The position numbers and the translations under genes are program-made. Shown here piece after piece: positions 13,191-30,100 of a stretch of DNA of 64,000 nt. The notes under the pieces are model-generated. The model was not told where the DNA came from. It saw nothing but the letters and a program-made list of their open reading frames with translations, and searched no databases. Source of the DNA: the human T2T-CHM13v2.0 reference genome, Homo sapiens; assembly GCF_009914755.1 (NCBI RefSeq), contig NC_060925.1; one strand, 5' to 3'. Every line of letters starts with the position of its first letter. The stretch's first letter is position 1.

Positions 13191-15345
13191 CTCAGGCTGG
13201 CAAGCTGAATAGGAACAGCTCTGGTGTGCAGCTGCCAGTGAGATCAACGCAGAAGGCAGGTGATTTCTGTAATCCAACTGAGGTACCTGGCTCGTCTCAC
13301 TGGGACTGGTTAGACAGTGGGTGCAGCCCATGGAGGGCAAGCCAAAGCAGGATGGGGTGTTGCCTCACCTGGGAAGCGCATGGGGTTGGGAAACTCCCTG
13401 CCCTAGCAAAGAGAAGCTGGGAGGGACTGTGCCTAGAGGAAGGGTGCATTCCAGCTCAGATACTATGCTTTTCCCACGGTCTTCACAACCTACAGGCAAG
13501 AGATTCCCTTGGGTGCCTACACCACCAGGGCCTGGGGTTTCAAGCACAAAACTGGGTGGCTGTTTGGGCAGACACCGAGCTAGCTGCAGCAGTTTTTTTT
13601 CATACCCCAGTGGCACCTGGGACACCAGCTAGACAGAACAATTCACTCCCCTGGAAAGGGGGCTGAAGCCAGGGAGCCAGGTGGTCTAGCTCAGCGGATC
13701 TCACACCCACAGAGCTCAGCAAGCTAAGATCCACTGGCTTGAAATTCTCACTGCCAGCACAGCAGTCTGAAGTTGACCTGGGACGCTTGAGCTTTGTTTG
13801 GGGAGGGGCGTCTGCCATTACTGAGGCTGGAGTAGGTGGTTTTCCCCTCACAGTGTAAACAAAGCCACTGGGAAGTTCCAACTGGGTGGAGCCCACTGCA
13901 GCTCAGCAAAGCCGCTGTAGCCGGATTGCCTCTTTAGATTCCTCCTCTCTGGGCAGGGCATCTCTGAAAGAAAGGCAGCAGCCCCAGTCAGGGCCTTATA
14001 GATAAAACTCCTATCTTCCTAGGACAGACCACCTGGGGGAAGGGGCGGCTGTGGGTGCAGCTTCAGCAGACTTAAATGTTCCTGCCTGCCAGCTCTGAAG
14101 AGAGCAGTGGATCTCTTAGCACAGCATTCGAGCTCTGCTAAGGGACAGAATGTCTCCTTAAGTGGGTCCCTGACCACCGTGCCTCCTGACTGGGAGACAC
14201 CGCCCAGCAGGGGTTGACAGACACCTCATACGGGAGAGCTCCGGCTGGCATCTTGTGGGTGCCCCTCTGGGACGAAACTTCCAGAGGAAGGAACAGACAG
14301 CAGTCTTTGCTGTTCTGCAGCCTCCGCTGGTGATACCCAGGCAAACAGGATCTGGAGTGGACCTCCAGCAAACTCCAGCAGACCTGCAGCAGAGGGGCCT
14401 GACCGTTAGAAGGAAAACTAACAAATCAGAAAAGAATAGCATCAACGTCAACAAAAAGGACATCCACACAGAAACCCCATCTGAAGATCACCAACCTCAA
14501 AGACCAAAGGTAGATAAATCTATGAAGATGAGGAGAAAGCAGTGCAAAAAGGCTGAAAATTCCAAAAACCAGAATGTCTCTTCTCCTCCAAAGGATCACA
14601 ACTCCTCGTCGGAAAGGGAACAAAACTGGAAGGAGAATGAGTTTGATGAATTGACAGAAATAGGCTTCACAAGGTGGGTAATAACAAACTCCTCTGAGCT
14701 AAAGGAGGATGGTTTAACCCAATACAAGGAAGCCAAGAACCTTGAAAAAATTTTAGAGGAATTGCTAACTAGAGAAACCAGTTTAGAGAAGAACATAAAT
14801 GACCTGATGGAGCTGAAAAACACAGCACGAGAACTTCATGAAGCATACACAAGTATCAATAGCCAAATCAATCAAGCGGAAGAAAGGATATCAGAGATTG
14901 AAGATCATCTTAATGAAATAAAGCATGAAGACAAAATTAGAGAAAAAAGAATGCAAAGGAATGAACAAAGCCTCCAAGAAATATGGGGCTATGTGAAAAG
15001 ACCAAGCCTGCATGTGATTGTGTACCTGAAAGTGATGGGAAGAATGGAACCAAGTTGGAAAACACTTTTCAGGATATTATCCAGGAGAACTTCCCCAACC
15101 TAGCAAGACAGGCCAACAGTCAAATTCAGGAAATATAGAAAACACCAGAAAGATACTCCTTGAGAAGAGCAACCCCAAGACACATAACCGTCAGACTCAC
15201 CAAAGTTGAAATGAAGGAAAAAATGTTAAGGGCAGCCAGAGAGAAAGATCGGGTTACACAGAAAAGAGGCCCATCAGACTAACAGCAGATCTCTCTACAG
15301 AAACCCTACAAGCCAGAAGAGAGTGGGGGCCAATATTCAACATGC

Positions 15346-15622
15346 TTTTTTTTTTTTTGAGACAGAATCTTGGTTTGTTACCCAGGCTGGAGTGCAGTGG
15401 TGCAATGTTGGCTCACTGCAAGCTCCGCCTCCGGGTTCATGCCATTCTCCTGCCTCAGCCTCCCAAGTAGCTGGGACTACAGGCACCTGCTACCACGCCT
15501 GGCTAATTTTTTGTATTTTTAGTAGAGACAGGGTTTCACCATGTTAGCCAGGATGGTCTCGATCTCCTGACCTCGTGATCCACCCACCTCAGCCTCCCAA
15601 AGTGCTGGGATTACAGGTGTGA
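15346..15622 (-). mobile_element. AluY/Sc-like element, slightly 5'-truncated, inside L1 ORF1
   Basis: poly(T) then Alu reverse complement; TSD tcaacat(g/t)ctt. Confidence 0.92.
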
Positions 15623-15988
15623 TCAACATTCTTAAAGAAAAGAATTTTCAACCCAGAAATTCATATCCAGCCAAACTAAGCTTCATAATTGAAGGAGAAA
15701 TAAAATCCTTTACAGACAAGCAAATGCTGAGAGATTTTGTCATCACCAGGACTGCCTTACTCTTAAGAGCTCCTGAAGGGAGCACTAAATATGGAAAGGA
15801 ACAACTGATACCAGCCACTGCAAAAACATACCAAATTGTAAAGACTATTGACACTATGAAGAAACTGCATCAAATTACAGGCAAAATAGCCAGCTAGCAT
15901 CATAATGACAGGATCAAATTCACACATAACAATATTAACCTTAAATGTAATAAAAGGGTTAAATCACCCAATTAAAAAACACAGACTG

Positions 15989-16458
<470 letters not shown>

Positions 16459-17388
16459 CTAGTCTCTGATAAAACAGACTTTAAGCCAACAAAGATCAAA
16501 AAAGACAAAGAAGGGCATTACATAATGGTAAAGGGATCAATGCAACAAGAAGAGCTAACTATCCTAAATATATATGCACCCAATACAGGAGCATCCAGAA
16601 TTCATAAAGCAAGTTCCTAGAGACCTACAAAGAGACTTGGACATCCACATAATAATAGTGGGATACTTTAACACCCTACTGCCAATATTAGGTCAACGAG
16701 ACAGAAAATTAACAAGGATATTCAAGACTTGAATTCAGCTCTGGACCAAGAGGACCTAAGACATCTACAGAACTCTCCACCCCAAATCAACAGAATATAC
16801 ATTTTTCTCAGCACCACATCACACTTACTCCAAAATTGACCACATAATTGGAAGTAAAACACTCCTCAGCAAATGCAAAAGAATGGAAATCGTAACTAAC
16901 AGTCTCTCTGACCACAGTGCAATCAAATTAGAACTCAGGATTAAGAAACTCACGAAAACCACACAACGTCATGGAAACTGAACAACCTGCTCCTGAATGA
17001 CTACTGGGTAAATAACAAAATTAAGGCAGAAATAAATAAGTTCTTTGAAACCAATGAGAATAAAGACACAACGTACCAGAATCTCTGGAACACAGCTAAA
17101 GCAGTGTTTATAGAGGAAGTTATAGCACTAACTGCCCACAGGAGAAAGCATGAAAGATCTAAAATCGACACCCTAACATCACGATTAAAAGAACTAGAGA
17201 AGCAAGAGCAAACAAATTCAAAAACTAGCGGAAGAGAAGAAATAACTAGGATAAGAGCAGAACTGAAGGAGATAGAAACACGAAAACCCCTTCAAAAAAT
17301 CAATGAATCCAGGAGCTGGTTTTTTGAGATTAACAAAATAGACTGCTAGCCAGATTAATAAAGAAGAAAAGAGAGAAGAATCAAATAG

Positions 17389-17595
<207 letters not shown>

Positions 17596-17598
17596 TAA

Positions 17599-17712
<114 letters not shown>

Positions 17713-17715
17713 TAA

Positions 17716-17901
<186 letters not shown>

Positions 17902-20389
17902 TAAGTTGGCTTCATCCCTGGGATGCAAGGCTGGTTCAACATATGCAAATCAATAAACATAATCCATCACATAAACAGAACCAACGACAAAAACCACATG
18001 ATTATCCCAATAGATGCAGAAAGCCTACAAAATTCAACATCCCTTCATGCTAAAAACTCTCAATAAACTAGGTATTGATGGAACGTATCTCAAAATAATA
18101 AGAGCTATTTATGACAAACCCACAGCCAATGTCATACTGAATGGGCAAAAGCTGGAAGAATTCCCTTTGAAAACCGGTACAAAACAAGGATGCCTTCTCT
18201 CACCACTCCTATTCAACATAGCATTGGAAGTTCTGGCCAGGTCAATCAGGCAAGAGAAAGAAATAAAGCGTATTTAAATAGGAAGAGAGGAAGTGAAATT
18301 ATCCCTGTTTGCAGATGACATGATTGTATATTTAGAAAACCCCATCGTCTCAGCCTGAAATCTCCTTAAGCTGATAAGCAACTTCAGCAAAGTCTCAGGA
18401 TACAAAATCAATGTGCAAAAATCACAAGCATTCCTATACACCAATAAGAGACAAACAGAGAACCAAATCATGCATGAACTCCCATTCATGATTGCTACAA
18501 AGAGAATAAAATACCTAGGAATCCAACTTACAAGGCATGTGAAGGACCTCTTCAAGGAGAACTACAAACTACTGCTCAAGGAAATAAAAGAGGATACAAA
18601 TAAATGGAAAAACATTCCATGCTCCTGGATAGGAAGAATCAATATCATGAAAATGGCCATAGTGTCCAAAGTAATTTATAGATTCAATGCTACCTCTATC
18701 AAGCTACCACTGACTTTCTTCAAAGAATTAGAAAAAACTACTTTAAATTTCATATGGAAACCAAAAACAGCCCATGTAGCCAAGACAATCCTAAGCAAAA
18801 AGAACAAAGCTGGAGGCCTCATACTACCTGACTTCAAATTATACTACAAGGCTACAGTAACCAAAACAGCATGGTACTGGTACCAAAACAGATATATAGA
18901 CCAATGAAACAGAACAGAGGCCTCAGAAATAACGCCAGACATCTACAACCATCTGATCTTTGACAAACCTGACAAAAACAAGCAAGGGGGAAAGGATTTC
19001 CTATTTAATAAATGGTGTTGGGAAAACTGGCTAGCCATATGCAGAAAACTGAAACTGGACCCCTTCCTTACACCTTATACAAAAATTAACCCAAGATGGA
19101 TTAAAGACTTAAATGTAAGACCCAAAGCCATAAAAACCATAAAAGAAAACCCAGGCAATACCATTCAGGACATGGGCAAAAACTTCATGACTAAAACACC
19201 AAAGCAATGGCAATAAAAGCCAAAATTGACAAATGGGATCTAATTAAACTAGAGAGCTTCTTCACAGCAAAAGAAACTATCATCAGAGTGAACAGGCAAC
19301 CTACAGAATAGGAGAAAATTTTTGCAATCTACCCATCTGACAAAGGGCTAATATCCAGAATCTACAAAGAACATAAACAAATTTACAAGAAAAAAAACAA
19401 ACAACCCCATCAAAAAGTGGGCAAAGGTTATGAACAGACACTTCTCGAATGAAGACATTTATGTAGCCAACAAACATATGAAAAAAAGCTCATCATCACT
19501 GGTCATTAGAGAAATGCAAATCAAAACCACAATGAGATACCATCTCATGCCAGTTAGAATGGCGATCATTAAAGAGTCAAGACACAACAGATGCTGGAGA
19601 GGATGTGGAGAAATAGGAATGCTTTGACACTGTTGGTGGGAGTGTAAATTAGTTCAACCATTGCGGAAGACAGTATGGGAATCCCTCAAGGATCTAGAAC
19701 CAGAAATACCATTTGATCTAGCAATTCCATTACTGGGTATATACCCAAAGAAATATAAATTATTCTACTATAAAGACACATGCATACATATGTTTATTGA
19801 TGCACTATTTATAGTAGCAAAGAATTGGAACCAACCCAAATGGCCATCAATGATAGACTGCTAAAGAAAATATGGTACATACACACCATGGAATACTATG
19901 TAGCCATAAAAAGGAATGAGTTCGTGTCCTTTGCAGGGACATGAATGAAGCTGGAAGCCATTATTCTCAGCAAACTAATACAGGACAGAAAAGCAAACAC
20001 CACATGTTCTCACTCATAAGTGGGAGTTGAACAATGAGAACACATGGACACAGGGAGGGGAACAACACACACTGGGGCCAGTCAGGATGTTGGGGATGAG
20101 AGGAGGGAGAGCATTAGGACAAATAGCTAATGCATTGGGAGGCTTAAAACCTAGATGATGGGTTGATAGGTGCAGCAAACCACCACGGCACTCGTATACC
20201 TATGTAACAGATCTACACATTCTGCACTTGTATCCTGGAACTTAAAGTAAAATAAAACATAAAGCAATATAAATTACTAGGCAAATACTGTCCATTTCAT
20301 CTAATGAAGAAAGCAAATGACAAATATCATGTATATGACGTGCTACACAAAATGTCTAGGTTCTTACATTATTTATTACTGGAAGAAAC

Positions 20390-20520
20390 CTTGGAGATCA
20401 TGGTTTCTAACTCTTTATTTGACAGATGAGGAAAACTGAGACCTGGGGAGTTTTGGTGACTTGCTTTGAGACTAGAATCCAAGCTTTGTAATTCCTAGTA
20501 CAGTCTTCTTTCCATTAAAT
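20390..20520. mobile_element. MIR fragment
   Basis: 'tttgacagatgaggaaaactgagacc...gtgacttgc...gactagaatccaag'. Confidence 0.7.
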
Positions 20521-21034
20521 CATATTTCCTTTTCTAAGGAATAGTGAATGCTGTGTGGCTTACAAGTTTACTTTTGGTGATGGCACTTTACCTGCTTTTC
20601 TTCTTTTAATTTTTTTGACCTCAGTGACTAGAACTGGATCAATAGTAATCCTTGGTTTATGACGCACTCTCATCATTGGTCCATGCATAACCTATTTATT
20701 TGTTTATTTGCTTTTAATAATGTAATACATAAAAATTTCAAATATTCATATTAGGTGGAGAACTTAGGAGCAAAATGAAAATGTATAATTTCCATATATG
20801 CGTGGTACAAAAATAAACTCTTATATTTCAAAATTATTTTTGTGCTATAGCTATTTGTTTTTCTCCCTTGGGTTGAAGGTTATCTTCTGGATGGGTGGTT
20901 TGGCAACTGTCCTCCTCATCACACTGAAATCACCAAACTCAAGTAGCACTTAGAAAACAAAGTAAGACAGAAGGAAATGGGAAAAGGACCAGGAAAATGT
21001 GCTTTACATTTAGCATTGTGACATATATGTCTAA

Positions 21035-21352
<318 letters not shown>

Positions 21353-21781
21353 TGATATACTAGAAAATAATCCAAAGGGAGAACTATTCCTTAAAATAAC
21401 AGGAATAAGAAAACAGGAAAAGGAAGGAGTTTGAAGGGAGGTTATAAATATTCATCATAGGCTACATAAACTTATACTATTGTAAGCCTGGTATTTACTT
21501 GCCTGCTATATGACAAAACTGCTAAGATACACACTCTCTTAAAACGTACACAGTTTGAGGGTGAGAGGCATTATTGTACTGATGCTAAAAAATTATCGTG
21601 GGCTCAATCAGCAGCCTGTATTCAATACTGATGTTTCCCATTGAGTTTTATAAAGGAACTCAGTCTTCAGGCCTAAAACTAGTTTTGCCTTTCTTACTCT
21701 GCCTATGTGAGAGCCTTGAAATCTCCCTAGAATAAGCCACAAAAAGTGTCCCCAACTCCATAGATTTGTGTTTTGTTTCAG

Positions 21782-21942
21782 GTTACGTGGGGGTGGTAAA
21801 CAGAAGCCAGAAGGACATAGATGGGAAGAAGGACATAAAGGCAGCCATGCTGGCAGAGAGGAAGTTTTTCCTTTCCCACCCGGCTTACAGACATATCGCT
21901 GACCGAATGGGAACCCCACACCTGCAGAAGGTCCTTAATCAG
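21782..21942 (+). CDS. DNM3: Dynamin-3 exon 6 (161 bp)
   Basis: tttcag|GTTACGTG...AATCAG|gtaaaa; [54 protein letters not shown]; in frame with the previous exon. Confidence 0.97.
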
Positions 21943-23449
21943 GTAAAAATGTTCTTTCAAGCAACAAGAACAATTATGAAATATGTAAGTAGGTGCTGGA
22001 ATTCATATTTATTATTTTTAAGTTTATTTTTTTTTCCAAAACAAGACATGCAGCTTCAATGATAGGGATTTTAAAAATGAATATTAGTACCTCAGATTCA
22101 CACTATTACCGTTCTCAGTGAATAGAACTCACCTTCCTATTATTGCAAGAACAATTATCAAAGCAGAAACACATACCTATTTAGGAACAGTGAACAGGGA
22201 TATACATTTTAGCATATACTCACTTGTAATATGTAGTTATCTTGAGAAGTTAAATTTTTATAGCTTTGAAAAGTTGATCTCTTGGGATCTGTTTTTGAAG
22301 CACCAGTCTGTAATGGCTAGGTTACACTTTCTGTTAAATTATTTTTATGGCTTTGTTTAGAATTGATTTGTTTCTTAATTTAAAATCTTCAGAATCACAA
22401 ATCCTAATTAAATAATCATTGATTTCCACTCATCTAAGATGCTTTTCTAGATAACCCCTTTTCCCACAATAATTTAGAATTGGGCCTTCTGCCTACCCTG
22501 CTCCATGCACTATGCGCACACTTCTTCCGTAAATCCTCAATGCTCTTACTTGGTTACAGATATTCCTTCCCCTATTGGAGTTAAGTGTTACGACAAGCAT
22601 CATTGTCATTGAATGCAGGGCCTCCTCCCTGAGTTTTGATTATATTGACTTAATGTGATCAGCAGCCTTTCTCACAAATATTCTTGTAAGTTATGCTTTA
22701 ACTGTTACATACAAACTTAATCAGGCAATCAATCAATCAAGTAGATTTCTGATTCTTAGCTCCTGGAAAGTATCAATAGCTGTCACAATATGTGACATTA
22801 TACCTGAACCATTTAGGCAAAACAACTGAGAAGAAATTTTAGAAAATAAAAAATTATGTTATAATTCCATTTTAAGAGGTACAATACAGACTATTGTAAA
22901 GTTTATACTTTTTAATTAAAGATAAACATTTGGACACTAGGAAACATCACTATGATTGTATCATTTAAAAATATGAATATATTTTTGAGAAGGAGCATTG
23001 TTATGCAAGAATGCTAACACTCTACCAATGTATTTTGCACTGTCAAAACTCTCTTTAGAATACTGCTTTAACAGCTGTATTTGCCTACAAAAAATACAAA
23101 TAAACTGAAAAAATCTCAGAGGAAACTCACTAATATGATTAGAAAGATAAAGCTGGAAATGAGTTAGGTTTTGAATACTGGAAAAACAAAAGGAGGTGGT
23201 TGACTATTAGGTTATTACAGGTGACCCCCAAGTTATGACACAATTGGATTCTCGTTGACTAAAAATTGAATGATTTTTTTTTTTAACTGAAGATTTCTCC
23301 TTTCCTGGATAATCACTCTCTCTTTATTGCTTCAATAATATTTATACTATGTTTGAAACTAAGATAATTCTATGGCTATGTATGTGTACCAATACTTCTG
23401 CTCCTGTGGGATAATTTATATGGAAAATGCTGGAAAATGACATGACGTT

Positions 23450-24300
23450 TTTGAAAAATTGAATGAAATTTTCACTGTGGGGGGAAGGCAGAGAAAGAGG
23501 TAGTGAGTTGTATTAGATGATATTGGAGATGTAGGCAGTGGCTGAATCCTGTAATGTTTCTAGACCAAATTGAGGATTTTGGCTCTTACCTAAGACCAAT
23601 GAGGAGTCATTTAAAGGTCCTGAGTAGAGGAACAACAAGATCAGATCCGTGGGTGAAAAAAGAATGTGGTATTGACAAGAAGACCAAGAGTAGACCAGTT
23701 AGAAGTAAAAATGAGAAATTATGGGAATTTGGTTGTGGTAAGGGCCAGTGGAGAGTAAAAAAATGGGCGGGTTTGAGAAATGTTCAGGAAAATTGAGGAC
23801 TAGGTGGTAGATTAGAGTTGTTGGGTAATGGGAGAGGTAGAGTCAAGGTTACGTCTCAGGTTTCCAGATTCTTATGAAGTCACCAAGATGGGGAACCCTG
23901 AAGGGAAGATCAAATACTTGATTTTGGACATGTTGAGCTTGAGATATCATTGACACATCCAAGAGGAGAAGTCAATCAACTGGTCAAATATGCATGCCAC
24001 AGCAAAGATAAATCTTGTTTGGAGACAACATCTTACAGCTATAGGTATTTGGATGTTTATTGAAGCCAGGATGGAATGAGATTCCCTTAAGAGAGAACAG
24101 AGAGTAAATAAAAAAGAGGCCTTGGACCCAGATTTGAGGAATTTCAATAATTACTCTTCTGGCAAAGAGGGTGAATTGTCCAAGGAAATAGAGAAGATAC
24201 ATCCAGAATGGATAGCAGAAAAATGAGAGGAGCTGGAATTATGGAAGCCAGGGGAAGAAGTGTTTTAGAAAGCCGCAGTATTGCTTTGCTCTGGAGATGT
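23450..24300. mobile_element. L2 fragment
   Basis: typical L2 motifs 'ttttggacatgttgagcttgagat', 'tcatttaaagg', 'atggaagccaggggaaga'; ends approximate. Confidence 0.6.
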
Positions 24301-24662
24301 CTGAGAAGCAAAAGGTGGAAATCAGGTATTTTTATTATTTACCAGTTCACATGGCAATCAGTTGGTTGCTGGTTTCTTGTGGTTGCTGGTTCTGTTAGAT
24401 TTGGGTCCTTGTCTCTTGTGACGTTGCTGTCGGGAATGCTGTCCTCTCAGCTCTTTTGTTGCCTGCTTCATAGTTAGAACAGCAACGCATGCCAGGGTGC
24501 TAACAATAATTTATTACTGCAAGCAAGGGGGTAATACAGTTATAAACTATTGACAAATAACTCTAGATTTATTTAATAAATATATTCAGCTAACCTCAGA
24601 TAAACATAAAGATGACTTAAAATAGTTTCTTCAGTCAATCTGGATATGTTAATTCTCCTTAC

Positions 24663-26099
<1,437 letters not shown>

Positions 26100-26996
26100 A
26101 ATTCTCCTTAATTTTAATATTTTTTCTTTTTTCTGCATTTCTAGGAAGTTTATATTCTTTTCATTGATTTCAAGTTCATCACTTAGGAAGTTCAAGATTA
26201 TCTGTTTTTTCTTTTAATTCAGACTTTTCTTTAACTGCATTGTAATAGAAAGGCTGTAAGACCTAAACAATCTGGGTTTTTATCTCACCTTTGTTCTTAA
26301 TTAATCATGCACTCTTAGGTTCTTGGAAAAGTTTTCATTGTACTGAGCTTGAGGTGCCTGCTGATCTCAGTGGAAATGCCAAGTAGATGGTTATGTCAAG
26401 CCTTCAATAGCAGAGAGAGCTTTCCCTTACTCAGTCATGGAGTTGCACTGGGATCTAGAGATGGAAGTATGAGTAAGTTTCTGCCTCAGCTGAAGAATGT
26501 GGAGAAAATTAACAGCTGACAGGTGCCTCTAGCACCTTGGCTACCTGAGCTTCATCAGTGTGGTAAACCACTTAGTCCTGAGAACACCGGGTAGCAGCTG
26601 TGACTCCTAGCTTCCTTCATTTCTATCACATTCTAACTTAAGGTTCCTTTCTACAAGGTAGGAGACCTGGTAAATCAATCCATGCTAAGGTGTTATTGGG
26701 CAGCCTCATTAGTAACATTAGCTGCATTTTAACAGGGTCTTCCTGGATTTAAAGAGATAGCTCAAGTGAGTGACTCTAAATGAAGGAATTTTGAGCATCT
26801 CTGAAGGGCAGTGGAGGAGGGAGTTGGTGTTCCTTCTCCCTATCTACATAATAGTCAATGTCAAATGCAGACATAATGTTTGAAATTTTGAATTATTAGA
26901 AAAACAATGGAGGCGGATCTTTGTCTCATGAGTTAATCTTTAATCTGTGTATATGATTCAATCTTCAATCTGTGTGTATCATTTTGTTTTGTTTAG

Positions 26997-27139
26997 CAAC
27001 TTACCAACCACATTCGGGATACCCTACCAAACTTCAGGAACAAACTACAGGGACAGTTGCTCTCCATAGAACATGAAGTAGAAGCCTACAAAAATTTCAA
27101 ACCAGAAGACCCAACAAGGAAGACCAAAGCATTGCTGCA
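26997..27139 (+). CDS. DNM3: Dynamin-3 exon 7 (143 bp)
   Basis: gtttag|CAACTT...CTGCA|gtaggt; [47 protein letters not shown](Q); absent from the ORF track, read manually. Confidence 0.96.
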
Positions 27140-30100
27140 GTAGGTCACCTTTCCCTTCCTTGGCTCAGCATTTTAATCTAATTTCTTTAGTTTTCTATTG
27201 CCTTAGTCTATTTGTCACGTTGCTTCTTAGGTAGCAAGTAAACTATATGAGGCTATCTATATGATACAAGATAACTCTTGAATTTTTATGCTTTGTTGAA
27301 CAAGAATTATTGGTATTATTCTGTTATTATCAACTTACCAGTTGAGCATCCTCATGCCCATTTAAATTGTGTTTTTAAAACTGGATTAAGTGAGTAAAAC
27401 CATTAGGGATGACCCAGCAGGAATTTTTGTCCCTTGTCTTAGAAGTGGGTAAATACAGATGCAAATATCATTTGTATTTTTCAGCTGTTTCTATGGATGT
27501 CAATTGTACTTATTATCCTTTATTCCAATTATTTCATGTAACTTATTTGTGTGCATTTTTCAGTGGAATGAGAACCAAGGGTTTAATTTAAAAGTTCTAA
27601 CAATAAGGCTGTAGTTTTTTTTTTTTCCTTTTACATAATGATTTTAATGTAGTCCTTTGAAAATGTAAATGTGAAACTGCCAAGCATCTTTTCACCCCTT
27701 CATGATCTTCCCATCTTATCTTTGGGTTACTAGAGTTATTCCTGTGGTGTCTTGGGGTAGGATAGCAGAGAATTGTTAGAGAATTCCTAGCTCTTTATAT
27801 CTTACACTTTCTTCTCTCCTTCAAATCCTTCTGTCTCCATCAGTTCCTTTATCCTGTGCTGCCACTTGTGTCAAGTCCCTCTCAACAGGAAGGCTCCCCT
27901 GCCCAGCACACACTGCAGGATACCCGAGGTCTACCTCCGAAGATGATGTTTGGCACCTCTTATGGCGCACTTTTCTCCCCAGCAGCGTGGCAATCAAAGC
28001 ATCCTTCAATTGGCATTTAAAGTGCACACTATAATTTCTTTCTTTGTGAGGAGATTCCCAAATGCTCAAATATTTAAATACAATATTAATTGCTTCATCC
28101 TATATTTCCTCATTAAAAATATTATACAAAGGAAAGAGTTTTTTTTTTTTCAGATATAACTCTTTCCTAATTTATTCTTTCTTTTTGTTCTTGGGTTTTG
28201 TTGAGCTCTTGCAAAAACTCTTCAAGTTACAGAGAAAGCTATTTCTGTTTAGGCCCTAGGTCATTATCTTAATATCCAACTAAAACTATTCTGCTTGCAA
28301 ATACCGGGTCTTGCCTCTGTGACTTTATTGGACTCAGATTACAGAACTTTTCACAGCTAGATTCTTGATTTGCAGAGGGCTGATTCAGCTCCTTCTTTAT
28401 GGCCCTATTCTTTCTGACCTATTTCTTTTCTCTCTTCTATCCTTCCCTCCTGCCTTCCTTTCTCTGTTCTTCCTCCTTCCTCTAATCTCTTCATGCACTC
28501 AGTGTCTGGTTCTGTGAAATGAATGATAATAAGATTCTTGCCCTCAAGAAGTCCCAGTAGAGTAGGGAAAAACAGACATAAAAATTAACACAATTTAACA
28601 CAATTAATTGTGTTAAAGCTAATAAATGCTATGTTTCTGTAAGTGTAAAATATTAAGGGAGCCCGGATGAGGAAGCAGTTACATGTGAGGAAGGATGTGA
28701 ATTTGCAGAGAAAACAGAGGGCCTGTGGTAGGAGAGGACCTTGTCATGTGGAAGGAGGAGGGCAAGAGAATCATGAGAACTTTGGTAACATTTGTTCTCG
28801 GATTAGTAAATGGGCCAGGTGGCTGAGGTATAGGGTTTAAGGGAAGGAGCAGCTAGAAGTACACTTTCTGAAAAATTTTTCATGTTTCAGTGTGTATGTC
28901 ATACCTCTCCAGGTGTTTTTAAAAAATAAAATTAGCATATACATGAACATAACTAAATCCAATTACAGTCTAGCTTCTTTGGCCTAAATAATTTGCAGCT
29001 ACTTTTCATTCATCCATGATTTTGATGGAAGGGAATGAAAAGATACAAGTTTTAGATAGTTTGAATTTTTTCCCTTTTAGATTTTGAATTTGAAAGTAGT
29101 TCCAGTATGTTTAAATTGGAGTTTCTAAACCTGGTAATCACAAATGAAAATAGTTGGTTTTTTTTTTTCGTGTTTCTTTCTTTCTTTCTTTCAAGCAGCC
29201 AGTGTAAGGTAATTCATTCTTTCCTGGGACAAATATTTATTAAATCTCCCAATTATGTTGAGCAGGGAAAGGTAAAGAAAACACACATTCCTTGCCCTTA
29301 GGAGAGTGACTAATAGACATGGCAATGTTAATGTACTGTGCCAAATGCTCTGCAGGAAACACGCTGAAGATGCAGAGGAGGGGCGATGAGGAGTGGTGCC
29401 GGATAGAGTCATGGATCATGAAAAGTTTCTGGGAAGAACCAATGCTTGAGCTGAGTCTTAAAGAACACGTAAAAATTAGTCAGGCAAAGCAGCAAGGGAC
29501 AGAGAGAATGGTGTTCTGAGCAGAAAGAAAAGTGTAAAAGCACAGGGACATGGTGCATTTGGGGAACTGCAATGGCTTCCTTATGGTTGGCTGGAAGGTG
29601 AGTTGGATGAGTGGTAAGAGATGGGGCTGAAGAGGCAGCCAAAGCCAGACCATAAAATGCTGGGAGATGGGCTAAAGAGTTTTGATTGTATTATCGAATT
29701 GTGGGGATCCATTGAAAAACAAGGCTAGAGCTAGTTTAGAGGGGTCACAAATCTATGTTATTCTGATAGGGTGAGGTCTGACTTTGACAAAGATAAACTC
29801 AAAAGCAGGATCATCATCTAGAGGAGCCTTCAGTGATGCTGGGAGGCATTGCTGAGAGCTGAACCAAGGCAGTGTCAGTAGGTGTGAGGAGGAAGAGCTC
29901 AACCAGCTGAGCTGTAATGGAGAAGAAATTACCTACAACTGGTGGCTCCCTGCAACTGTTGGGTGAGGGAAAGGGAGGTATGCTGGATGCCCCAGATTCC
30001 CTGCCTGGGGTGGGTGGTATCATCCACCATGAGGAGAGACTTGGGAATGCAGGAGGATCAGCAGGTTTGGGAGTGAAAGAAATTGAGAGGTTGTTTTAAG

